A stretch of DNA of 64,000 nucleotides from Thermoanaerobaculia bacterium (GTDB taxonomy: Bacteria > Acidobacteriota > Thermoanaerobaculia > Multivoradales > UBA5704): assembly GCA_044866775.1 (NCBI GenBank), contig JBIOUG010000136.1, forward strand, positions 7,709 to 71,708, read 5' to 3'. Below, piece by piece: positions 54,575 to 62,971 of this stretch (position 1 is the first letter of the stretch; the number at the start of each line of letters is the position of its first letter). A model generated the notes under the pieces. It was given only the letters and a program-made list of their open reading frames with translations. It did not search any database and was not told the origin of the DNA. A program made the translations under genes and the position numbers.

Positions 54575-54862
54575 TCAGGCGACGACGGCGAGGATCTCGT
54601 CCTCGCGCAGGATGACGTAGTCCTCGTCCTCGACCTTGATCTCGCTGCCCGAGTACTTGCCGATCAGCACCCGGTCTCCCGCCTTGACGTCCATCGGCAG
54701 GCGCTTGCCGTCGTCGTCGATCTTGCCGGGGCCCACGGCGACGACCTTGGCCTCCTGCGGCTTCTCTTTGGCGGTGTCGGGGATGATGATGCCGCCGCGC
54801 ACCTGCTCCTCCTGCTCGACACGCTGCACCAGCACTCGATCGTGTAACGGACGGATGTTCAC
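54575..54862 (-). CDS. groS: co-chaperonin GroES (10 kDa)
   Basis: [44 protein letters not shown]. Confidence 0.97.
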   Translation of the reverse strand: MNIRPLHDRVLVQRVEQEEQVRGGIIIPDTAKEKPQEAKVVAVGPGKIDDDGKRLPMDVKAGDRVLIGKYSGSEIKVEDEDYVILREDEILAVVA

Positions 54863-54929
54863 TCTCGACCTCCTTTGCTATCAGGATCCGTAAACTCAAC
54901 GGGTTAGAGGAAGTGCGCCGCCGAGGCGT

Positions 54930-54956
54930 TTAGCACTCAGCGGCGGAGACTGCTAA
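54930..54956. promoter_or_regulatory. CIRCE operator (HrcA binding site) upstream of groES
   Basis: TTAGCACTC-N9-GACTGCTAA against the consensus TTAGCACTC-N9-GAGTGCTAA (one mismatch), 68 nt upstream of the groES start. Confidence 0.8.
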
Positions 54957-55005
54957 CAGTCTAGGGGTCTGCCGGGAGGCTGTCAAGAGCCGGCCGGCGG
55001 CGGCC

Positions 55006-57300
55006 TTACACCGGCAGCGCCGCCAGCGCCTCGGCGACCGCCGGGGCGGACGGGTAGCGCTGGTCGGGGGTCTTGGCGAGGAGGCGCGCGAGGAAGGCAG
55101 CCCACGGCGCGGGGACGTCCTCGCGGCAGCCGCGCGGGTCGGGGGCCGGCGTGTGGAGGTGCTCGACGGCGAGGGTCACCGGGCTCGTGCCGGCGAAGGG
55201 CTCGCGGCCGGTGAGCATGCGGAAGGCGATGACGCCGAGCGAGTAGAGGTCGGAGCGGCCGTCGACCTCCCGGCCCTGGAGCTGCTCGGGCGACATGTAG
55301 TGCGGCGACCCCACCGTGAACCCGGTCTGGGTCAGGCGCGCGTCGAAGCCCGCCATGCGCGCGATGCCGAAGTCGAGGATCTTGAGCCGGCCCGGAGTCA
55401 CCATGACGTTGCCCGGCTTCAAGTCGCGGTGGACGACCTGCAGCGCATGCGCCTCGGCGAGGCCGGCGACGATCTCGCCGAGCAATGCCCGGGCGCGCCC
55501 GAGCGGCAGCGCGCCCTCGCGGCGCAGCACCGTGTCCAGGGGCTCTCCCGTCACCAGCTCCATGGTGATGAAGATGCCGCCGGCGAAGCGCCCGAGGTCG
55601 AAGACCCGCACCACGTTGGGATGGGTGATGCGGCGGCAGATCTGGACCTCGCGCAGCAGGCGCTCCTCCTCCTGCACGTCGTCGCCGGCGCCGCCGAGGA
55701 GGGTCTTGATCGCCACCTCCTCGCGCACCTCGCGATCGAACGCCTTGTACACCCGGCCCATGCCGCCGTGACCCAGCTCGGCCACGATGCGATAGCGGCC
55801 GGCGAGGACCGTCCCCGGCGGCAGGACCGCCCCCGGCGCGAAGGCGTCGGCCGCGATCGGCGGCGGCCCCTCCGGCCGGGTGGGCGTCGCCACCGTCGCG
55901 TCCGCCGCCGAGTCCAGCCGGCGCAGCCGCTCGACGTTGTCGCGGTGCGCGCCGTCGATCGCCGCCACCTTGCGGTAGACGCTGGCCGCCTCCTGGGCGC
56001 GGCCCAGGGCTTCCTGCACCCGCCCGCTCCAGTAGAGCCGCTCGAGGACCACCCGGCCCGCCTTCTCCGGCTCCGCGGGCAGCGGCGACAGCCGGTCCAG
56101 GCGCTCGCGCGCCTCCTCCGCCCGGCCCTCCTCGAGCAGCAGCGAGACCAGCAGGAGCGCCGCGCGCTCACCCTCCGGCGCCAGCGGCGACACCGCGCGC
56201 AGCGTGTCCAGCGCCCGCCCCCGTTCGCGTCCCTCGAGCAGCTTGAGCGCCGCTTCCACCGGCCGGCCGCCGCGGGCGTAGGCCTCGCCGGCGCGGACCG
56301 TGTATCCCGCCTTGACGAAGCACTCCGCGGCGAGGAGCGCATTGTCGCCGGCGAGGAAACACTGCCCGGCGTCGGCGAAGCGCTGGGCGCGCAGGAACGC
56401 CTCCCCGGCGCGCTGCAGGTCCCTGAGCGCCTCCCACTGCGCGGCGGCCTTGGCCCACTCCTTGGCCGCCTCGAACGCCTCGGCCGCCTCGCGCGTCAAG
56501 CCGCTCGCCGCGAAGATGGCGCCGGCGAACGCCGGGTTGCCCGAGCGCAGGTGGACCTGCGCCGCCAGACGCGGCTCGAGGCCCTGGATCTTGGGCAGCA
56601 GGCGGAGCGCCTCCTGCGGCTGGCCGATGGTGAGCCAGACCTCCAGCGCCTCGCGATGGCGCCCACCCTGCTCGAGCAGGCGCGCCGCGGTCGGCGTCTC
56701 GGCCGCGGTGGCGTCGAGCGACGCCGCGGCCTCGGCGCGCTTGCCTTGCTTGGCGAGCAGCTCGGCGCGCTCCACCTCCACATGGCGCAGGCTCCCCTCG
56801 AGCGCCGGCCGCACCCGCACCTCCTGGCGCAGCCGCTTGACCTCGTGCTCCAGCACCCGCAGGGCGTCGTCGTCGCGGTTGGCGCGCCGGTAGTAGATCG
56901 CCGCCTCCGACCAGGCGCGGGCGCGCTCGTAATGCCGCGCCGCCCGCGCCAACTGCTGCAGCTTGAGACAGCAGTCCGCGGCCCGCCGCCACGCCTGGCC
57001 CATCTCGAGCAAGGGGATCGCTTCCTTGTGGTGGCCGCCGGTCGCCAGCAGCTCGCCGGCCTCGACCGCCGTCGCCTCGCCGTACCCCTCCGGCACCTCG
57101 CCGAAGACCGCGCGCAGCGTCATCTCGACCGCCCGCCGCTCGTCTCCCAGCTCGACGGCCACCCGCACCGCCTCGGCGAGGTTCCCCGCCTTGGCGTAGA
57201 GGTCGAGGGCGCGCTTCCGGTCGCCCTCCTTGTATGCGAGCTCCGCCAGCCGCTGGTGGTCGCGGCCGAGCAGCGCGAACAGCCTCGACTTGCCCTCCAT
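55006..57300 (-). CDS. Ser/Thr protein kinase with a long N-terminal TPR-like helical-repeat region
   Basis: C-terminal Hanks kinase: YRIVAELGHGGMGRVYKA...AIK...HRDLKPGNVMV...DFGIAR...SPHYMSPEQ. Confidence 0.85.
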   Translation of the reverse strand: MEGKSRLFALLGRDHQRLAELAYKEGDRKRALDLYAKAGNLAEAVRVAVELGDERRAVEMTLRAVFGEVPEGYGEATAVEAGELLATGGHHKEAIPLLEMGQAWRRAADCCLKLQQLARAARHYERARAWSEAAIYYRRANRDDDALRVLEHEVKRLRQEVRVRPALEGSLRHVEVERAELLAKQGKRAEAAASLDATAAETPTAARLLEQGGRHREALEVWLTIGQPQEALRLLPKIQGLEPRLAAQVHLRSGNPAFAGAIFAASGLTREAAEAFEAAKEWAKAAAQWEALRDLQRAGEAFLRAQRFADAGQCFLAGDNALLAAECFVKAGYTVRAGEAYARGGRPVEAALKLLEGRERGRALDTLRAVSPLAPEGERAALLLVSLLLEEGRAEEARERLDRLSPLPAEPEKAGRVVLERLYWSGRVQEALGRAQEAASVYRKVAAIDGAHRDNVERLRRLDSAADATVATPTRPEGPPPIAADAFAPGAVLPPGTVLAGRYRIVAELGHGGMGRVYKAFDREVREEVAIKTLLGGAGDDVQEEERLLREVQICRRITHPNVVRVFDLGRFAGGIFITMELVTGEPLDTVLRREGALPLGRARALLGEIVAGLAEAHALQVVHRDLKPGNVMVTPGRLKILDFGIARMAGFDARLTQTGFTVGSPHYMSPEQLQGREVDGRSDLYSLGVIAFRMLTGREPFAGTSPVTLAVEHLHTPAPDPRGCREDVPAPWAAFLARLLAKTPDQRYPSAPAVAEALAALPV

Positions 57301-57423
57301 AGGGGTGTGTGGTTCCTAGTCTACACGCTCGTCTCCCTGACCTGCCCACGCCACCGCCCGCGCGTCGCTCAGCGTTGGCCGATGTCGCTGCTGAGGATCG
57401 GTTTGACGTTGCGGGCATCGAGG

Positions 57424-57942
57424 TCAATCCCGTCGCGGCTCGAACAGCTCGACGGGGTTGCCGGAGGGATCATCGAGCAGGATCTGCTGGCCGCCAAAGC
57501 CGGTGACGATGTCGTTGCGGAAGCGCGCGCCCGCGCGGCGCAGGGTCGCGACCTCGCGGGCGAGGTCCGGAACCTCGAGCCGGATGCGATTCCAGCCGCC
57601 CGGCTCGGGCTTGCGCCCGTCGGGCATGGGCTGGGCCGCTCCACCGGGGCCCGCAGGCGCGCTCAGTAGGAGGCGGAGGCCGCCGCGCGAGAGAACGGCG
57701 AAGGCGGGGGCCGGTTGGCTCTCGACGCCGAAGCCGAGATGACGAGTGTAGAAGGCGACCGCGGCCTCGACGTCGTTGACGATGTAGCGCACGCTGACAG
57801 GTGCCATCGTGGATTCTCCTGGGCGGTGATCCATGTCGGCCCGGGCGGAGCCTGCCGACGCCTTCAGCCAGGACCCAGTGAGGCCGCCGATGAACAGGGC
57901 GGCGACCGCGGGGACGAGAAACCTGCGGGACTCCAGCATCAC
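57424..57942 (-). CDS. VOC (glyoxalase/bleomycin-resistance) family protein
   Basis: VRYIVNDVEAAVAFYTRHLGF...ILLDDPSGNPVELFE. The start is uncertain: the long form has a signal-like N-terminus, and the alternative is the ATG at 57807. Confidence 0.7.
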   Translation of the reverse strand: MMLESRRFLVPAVAALFIGGLTGSWLKASAGSARADMDHRPGESTMAPVSVRYIVNDVEAAVAFYTRHLGFGVESQPAPAFAVLSRGGLRLLLSAPAGPGGAAQPMPDGRKPEPGGWNRIRLEVPDLAREVATLRRAGARFRNDIVTGFGGQQILLDDPSGNPVELFEPRRD

Positions 57943-58002
57943 GACCTCCTCTACCTCATTCTGGGGCGGGGAGGAGGACTCGTATAGGAAAAACTTGACC
58001 TC

Positions 58003-58824
58003 CTACCCGGTCACTGGCACGTGATGGTCCTTGACCTGGTCGCTCCGCTGGCGAAGGTAGTCCGTGGGGCTGACGCCGGAGAATTCCCGGAAGTCGTGGA
58101 TGAGGTGCGACTGGTCGAAATACCCGCATTCCACGGCCAGTTGCGCCCAGTCCGGGGCCAACGTCTTTGGCACCCGCGCCAGGGCCCTGCGAAACCGCTG
58201 CACTCGGCCGAACCGCTTCGGCGTCAGGCCGACCTCGGCCGTGAACACCTGGATGAATCGCCGCTGGCTCAGTCCAACCTGCCGGGCGGTTTCGCGAACC
58301 GACGCGCCGGTCCCCGGCCCGAATCCATCGAGGACGGTCTGTACGGCGGCGTGGTGCTCCAGAGGGCGGAACGCGTGGTTGGCCAGGGCCTCCTCCATGA
58401 GGCGAAACCGCTCGGCCGGTGCGGTCGCCCCGCACAGCCGGGCGCGGAGCGCCACGGCCGTACGGCCCCAGAGCGTCTGCAGATCGACGTGGAGGTCGGC
58501 CAGCTCGCCCAGCGGGGCGCCGAGGAAGGGAAAGGCACCGCCCGGCTTGAAGTGCACGCCCATGATCGAAGCGTGCTGCCGCGCATCGATGACGAAGGAC
58601 CCGCGGTAGGTCCCGGATACGACCGCCCCGGAGTACCGCTGGTAGCGCTCCGGGTTGAGGGCATCGTAGATCCGGATCTCGTCGTCGCGGAGGTTGACCA
58701 CTAGCTCGGCGGTTCCGCTGGGCAAGACGCGCTCCTTCGGGTGTGGCGGGGCGTCGCTGAGCAGCCAGACGTAGTCGACGAAGTCCCCGAGCGGCGGCGC
58801 GGGATGCCGGGAAACGTACTGCAC
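58003..58824 (-). CDS. AraC-family transcriptional regulator
   Basis: The C-terminus has two HTH motifs (SVRETARQVGLSQRRFIQVFTAEVGLTPKRF...AVECGYFDQSHLIHDFREFSGVSP). Confidence 0.85.
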   Translation of the reverse strand: MQYVSRHPAPPLGDFVDYVWLLSDAPPHPKERVLPSGTAELVVNLRDDEIRIYDALNPERYQRYSGAVVSGTYRGSFVIDARQHASIMGVHFKPGGAFPFLGAPLGELADLHVDLQTLWGRTAVALRARLCGATAPAERFRLMEEALANHAFRPLEHHAAVQTVLDGFGPGTGASVRETARQVGLSQRRFIQVFTAEVGLTPKRFGRVQRFRRALARVPKTLAPDWAQLAVECGYFDQSHLIHDFREFSGVSPTDYLRQRSDQVKDHHVPVTG

Positions 58825-59060
58825 GGCCCAAGGATAAGGCCGGAGGCGACCGTTGAGGCGTTCCCGACGCTAGGGCGCGGCCTCCGACGACCACCGTCAT
58901 TCTGCCTCTACATGCGCGACCCCCGGCGTCTCCGAGGACCCCGTCGGGCGGCTGCGGGCGATGGGCGTGCCACGGCTCCAAGCCCCGCTGCCACAGGGAG
59001 TTCGATCTTCCAACGTCACACAGTCTTAAAAGGTCGAAGCGCGCTCTATAAGTCAGCCTC

Positions 59061-59090
59061 TTGACAAAATGAGAATCACAAGTCTACCCT
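59061..59090 (+). promoter_or_regulatory. sigma70-like promoter candidate pointing into the 21-nt repeat arrays
   Basis: TTGACA (59061-59066), N18, TACCCT (59085-59090), in a short AT-rich patch. Confidence 0.3.
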
Positions 59091-59237
59091 TACACCCATC
59101 AAACAAGCCCATTAGGGCCATGGACAGAAAGGAGCAGCGTGTCCTCGATCTCGCGTCGCACCCACACGAGCATCCTCTCGGCACCGGCCGACGGCTGGTG
59201 CGTGAGGACGTTCGTGCGGGCGAACGCGGGGAATCTC

Positions 59238-59489
59238 GGGGCCGAGGCCGGAGCCGCGTGGGTCGGCCCGTCGGAGCCGGGGGCGAGCGCCGCGATGAGG
59301 CAAGCGACCGCTCCGGCGATCGGGGCGACCGCCTCGCGGCACGGGGACGGCGCCTCGAAGGTTGGGGACACCGCCTCGGAGCTGCGCGGCGGCGCCTCGC
59401 AGCTCGGGGACGGCGCCTCGGAGCTCGGTGCAGGCGCCTCGGATGCCGGGGACCGCCGCTCGCAACCGCGGGCCGGCGCCTCGGAAGCT
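59238..59489 (+). repeat. tandem array of 21-nt units (left arm), consensus GGGGAC-GGCGCC-TCG-GAGCTC
   Basis: GGGGAC occurs at 59343, 59364, 59406 and 59448. In-phase degenerate units sit at 59322, 59385, 59427 and 59469, with weaker ones back to 59238. Confidence 0.85.
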
Positions 59490-59508
59490 GTTCCCCGCCG
59501 GACGGAGC

Positions 59509-59718
59509 TCCGGGGCCGCCCCTGTCCCCAGGTTCCGAGCCCCTGTCCCCAGGTTCGGAGCGCCTGTCCCCGAGCTGCGAGCGCGTTGCAACGAGGTTCG
59601 CTCCCGCGTCCCCACGCCTCGAGGCGTGCGCCCCAGGCGCCGACCTGTCGTCCCCAAGCTCCGAGCCGCTGTCCCCGATCTTCGAGAAGCCGTAATGCAG
59701 ATCCGACGGGCTGTCCCC
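59509..59718 (-). repeat. tandem array of the same 21-nt unit in reverse-complement orientation (right arm)
   Basis: GTCCCC ends at 59529, 59550, 59571, 59613, 59655, 59676 and 59718, all multiples of 21 apart. Confidence 0.85.
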
Positions 59719-59912
59719 TGTTGTCGTCGGCCGCGACCTCGGTTGCGAGCCACCGCCATGCGGTTGCTTGCCGTCCGCGCGGCCGCGCCGGCTCTCCGCT
59801 CCTCCTTCCCGGCGCACGAGCGCCTCCCCTCGCCGGCCAGTTAGCCGTCGAGCCGCCGAGGGCGCGCGTCCCGCGGCGGTGCCCGTCAACGCATTCGAGA
59901 AGGAGACATGTG

Positions 59913-60332
59913 ATGGCCAGAAAGAGGATTTCCACCCTCGTGGCGGATGTCGACGCGATCGCCACGCACCTGAAGACCCGGCTCGGCGAGGTCACGCACC
60001 TCACGGGCCTGCAGACCGAGCTCGAGGGCTGGCTCGCCGAGGCCCGTGACCTCGAGAGTCAGCGCGAAGTCCACACGGGCCGGCTGCGTCAGATCGATGC
60101 GGTGCGCCGTTCGACCGAAGCTCGTGGCGTCGAGCTGCGCGCCCGTGCAGTCGACAACCTGCGCGGTCACTTCGGTGGCCGGGCCAAGGTGTTGCTCGAG
60201 TTCGGCATCCGCCCGCGGAGCAGCGGCGGCGGCCGCCGTAAGCCGGCGACTCCCGAGCAGACGACGACGCCGGTCACCCTGGCGCCGGAGTCCTCGCCGG
60301 CGCCCCCGGGCGAGGCCGGCTCGTCGGGCTAG
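59913..60332 (+). CDS. hypothetical protein (139 aa): helical/coiled-coil-like N-terminal part, Pro/Ser-rich tail
   Basis: The ATG at 59913 is preceded by GAAGGAGA 8 nt upstream. MARKRISTLVADVDAIATHLKTRLGEVTHLTGLQTELEGWLAEARDLESQ.... The track merges it into a 397-aa ORF reading through the repeats. Confidence 0.6.
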   Translation: MARKRISTLVADVDAIATHLKTRLGEVTHLTGLQTELEGWLAEARDLESQREVHTGRLRQIDAVRRSTEARGVELRARAVDNLRGHFGGRAKVLLEFGIRPRSSGGGRRKPATPEQTTTPVTLAPESSPAPPGEAGSSG

Positions 60333-60375
60333 GCCGGGTCCAGCAGTACGCAGTAGGTAGTCGGTCCAGAAGCAC

Positions 60376-60411
60376 TGCTGCGGAGGGCGGTTGCACCCGC
60401 CCTCCGCAGCA
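60376..60411 (+). terminator. intrinsic-terminator-like hairpin after the 139-aa gene
   Basis: TGCTGCGGAGGGCGG-TTGCAC-CCGCCCTCCGCAGCA is a 15-bp perfect stem, followed by CTCTCTT. Confidence 0.55.
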
Positions 60412-60785
60412 CTCTCTTCCCGTCCGCGAGCTCGTGACCCCGCGGTAGACCTGTTTCTAGCGCGCTGCGACCGCCGCAAGCGCCTCCGTGGCCCGCCTGG
60501 GGCTCACCCGATCAGCCAAGTCCTCCTCGGGCTGAGTCACCAAGGCGGGCTGGGATGTCTTCCACGAACAGCCCCCACAGCTCCCGGAGGGGAGCGGGTC
60601 TTCGGGACCGCTTGGAAATGCCCTCGCCCGAGGTGAACAGAGGTGGGTAGACGCTAAGCCCCCCACCTCGCGGCGCAACGGGCCTGCGCGCACGGGTGAG
60701 GCCGCTGACATGACGCTTCACCATGCGGACGGCGCTGCCGCCGCCGGTGGAAACGAGGGTTGGGCGCTGAAAACTGCACGAGGTC

Positions 60786-61554
60786 CTATTGCACTCCCCG
60801 GAGGGAATACGAAACCTTCGAGTAAGTAGGATTGTCTCCGAGGAGCCAGTTTACAGCTACATGCCGTTCCGCGACCGTGCTGATTACGTACCTTACGATC
60901 TCTTGGGGTGCCGCCCGCCAAACGGACACCGCCAATTGCAAGATCATCGTCCACGAGTCTCAGCTTGGCGGGGTCTACCTTTAGCTCTCTGGCCAATTCG
61001 GTAACATTATTTGAAGCTGATCCTTGGTCGTCGTAAGCTTGCCGCAGTCTCCTGTGAATTAAGTAGAGTTCCCTAGCCAGTTCTTCTCTCTCAGATTTGG
61101 AGCGCAGCATGGGAGACTTCACCACCTCAAGCCCCTCGGGCTCCATAAAACCTAGTGCCTCCGCGACAGCGGGTGCGTCGGTCGGGACATCGAAGGGGTC
61201 GAGTTCCCAGCGATTAAGAGCCCAAGCCAAAACCCCTAGTCCTTCAGCCCGCCAGCCTAGATTTCTTTCTTGTTGCTCGGTAAGGGTGCCAAGCGGAGCT
61301 TCCAAGATTTCAAGCTCCTCGGGTTCCAAAGTGGAGGCGACGCCTGTGGTGTCCAACCACCGAAGCACCTCGACTCGGAAGGCTTCAGCCTCTGAATCAC
61401 CCGCGTTCTCCTCAATACCACTCCGACAGACCATGGCGGCCAAGGCGAGAGCCCGTCGCGCGACCTGTTCTGCACTCGGCATAGGTTCCTGCACCGGCAT
61501 TGCCCCTCCGATCGTAGTAGAAGCACCGCAAATTAGCAGCACGACCATCATCAT
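60786..61554 (-). pseudogene. DUF4272-like gene with an apparent +1 frameshift
   Basis: The track frame (60718..61554) loses family-like sequence after ...LAIGGVRLAGGTP. The adjacent frame continues QEIVRYVISTVAERHVAVNWLLGDNPTYSKV... to a TAG at 60786-60788. The switch is at the G4/C4 run 60905-60908. The DUF4272 call is from memory of the WR-E-LGVL-WAL and ERH-A-NWL motifs. Confidence 0.55.
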
Positions 61555-61677
61555 CTATAGCAGCCCCGTGCGGCCGCCGCTCAGGGGCAGCGGCAGGGTG
61601 GGCAGCCGCTGTCGAGGGCGATGCGCCACTTGCCGTCGGGGTCGCGGCGCCAGGTGGAGCACCGCTCGGTGCCGGGA

Positions 61678-62220
61678 TCACCCGACGGGCATACCCGTCA
61701 TGTACTGCTGGAGATGCTCCTCCGTCACCTGGCGGAACGAGAAGCGGTAGCCCTCGTAGACGGCGATGCCGTAGAAGAGAAGGTCCATCGGGCTGAAGAA
61801 GGCCGTCATCATCTCCGTCGCGATCTCGAGATTGAGGTGGGAGACGACGAACCAGAAGGGTATGGACTGCTCCTTGGCGACCATGGCGCAGACGGCGAGG
61901 AGGTTGCCGGCGCCGCAGCCGAGAAGCGCCCACACGGCGCCGACGACGCCGAAGCTCTTGTCCATCCCCTTGCCGAAGTACCTGACCGCCAGGCCGACGA
62001 GGAAGCCGACGCCGACCGCCATCCAGCCGATCTGAAAGCTGGTCACGACGGTGATCGCCGCCCACACCGCCGCCCCCGCCAAGGCCGCCACGCCACCGGC
62101 GGCGACGGCGGGGCCGAGCCTCTGCTCGGACTTCATGCGCTCCACGGCCATCTGGAGCAGCACCGGGTCGATCTGCTGCTGGCCTCCGCTCTCGGCCGCT
62201 ACCTGTTCCTGTGCCTCCAT
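61678..62220 (-). CDS. hypothetical multi-pass membrane protein
   Basis: About four hydrophobic helices (AAGGVAALAGAAVWAAITVV; IGWMAVGVGFLVGLAV; VVGAVWALLGCGAGNLLAVCA...). Confidence 0.6.
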   Translation of the reverse strand: MEAQEQVAAESGGQQQIDPVLLQMAVERMKSEQRLGPAVAAGGVAALAGAAVWAAITVVTSFQIGWMAVGVGFLVGLAVRYFGKGMDKSFGVVGAVWALLGCGAGNLLAVCAMVAKEQSIPFWFVVSHLNLEIATEMMTAFFSPMDLLFYGIAVYEGYRFSFRQVTEEHLQQYMTGMPVG

Positions 62221-62338
62221 GGTTCCCTCCCTCCTCGTGGTCGTCCGGGATGACCGCCACTTGCCGCCGGCAAACTGAATGACGAAGAATGCACGGCAAT
62301 TCTCTCACAGGCCGAACGGGTCGGGCATGAGACGCGCT

Positions 62339-62971
62339 TCAGACCTGCGGCGTCGCCGTGAGGCCGAAGTGGGCGTCGGCCCAGCCCTCGCCGCGGCGGA
62401 CGAAAGGCACGCCGAGGAGGCGGGCGGGGCCGAACTCGAGGGTGTAGCGGAGGTCCTTCAGGGTGTCGGGTTTCGCCGCTTCGGAGGCGACGAGGACGAA
62501 GTGGGCGAGCTTCTCGGCGTCCTCGACCGCGAGGCGGCCGCCGGTCAGGCGCTCGCCGAGCCGCTCGCCGAGGTGGGGGAGCGCCTGCGTGTAGCGGGTG
62601 GCGAGGGCGGTCAGCTCGGCGAGCGGGGCGGCGAAGGCGGGAATGGCGAAGGTGCCCTCGCCGGGCTCCGCCGGCGCTTCCTTGCGCTCGGCGAAGAGCG
62701 AGAAGAGACCGCCGAGAAAGGTGCTCGAGCCGACCCGCTCCTGCAAGACGATGCGCGCCGGGATGGCCCAGAACGGGAGCCAGCGCTCGACGGCGACGGC
62801 CGGCGCGGTGACGAAGGCGACATCGACGGGAGCGAGCCTCTGCGGCGATTCGGCGTTCAGCCGATATCCCGACCGGCACGAGACGCAGTAATAGACGGCG
62901 TCCTCCCCCTCGGCCGCGATCTGCGATCCGCACTGCGGGCACTGCAGGCGGAGCAGCTCGAAGGCGCTCAT
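62339..62971 (-). CDS. zinc-ribbon protein, unknown function (210 aa)
   Basis: The ATG at 62971 gives MSAFELLRLQCPQCGSQIAAEGEDAVYYCVSCRSGY.... ATGA overlap with the upstream gene. The rest of track ORF 62339..63601 is out of frame. Confidence 0.65.
   Translation of the reverse strand: MSAFELLRLQCPQCGSQIAAEGEDAVYYCVSCRSGYRLNAESPQRLAPVDVAFVTAPAVAVERWLPFWAIPARIVLQERVGSSTFLGGLFSLFAERKEAPAEPGEGTFAIPAFAAPLAELTALATRYTQALPHLGERLGERLTGGRLAVEDAEKLAHFVLVASEAAKPDTLKDLRYTLEFGPARLLGVPFVRRGEGWADAHFGLTATPQV

Noticed and set aside
58825-59060. A search for an AraC-gene promoter or a small ORF (58741..59064, 107 aa) in the first part of the AraC to 139-aa gene gap.
   Set aside because: I could not define a convincing -35/-10 pair on the minus strand. 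The 107-aa ORF has R/P/G-rich junk composition.
59238-59718. A possible CRISPR array, given the regularly spaced repeats.
   Set aside because: The units are directly abutting 21-mers with no unique spacers. The array inverts halfway, and no cas genes are present in the window.
59139-60332. A 397-aa ORF spanning the 21-nt repeat arrays and the 139-aa gene as one protein.
   Set aside because: Only the last 139 codons look protein-like, and they have their own strong SD and ATG at 59913. The middle part (RGRPCPQVPSPCPQVRSACPR...) is typical out-of-frame R/P/C-rich text. The left-arm heptads may or may not be coding, which the findings treat as unresolved.
60420-60785. An unassigned ~365 nt between the terminator of the 139-aa gene and the DUF4272-like stop. 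Minus-strand ORFs 60457..60711 and 60512..60724 give fragments such as ELWGLFVEDIPA and QPEEDLADRVSPRRATEALAAVAAR.
   Set aside because: This could be a decayed gene remnant split over two frames, but I cannot match either fragment to a family. No start or SD is evident.
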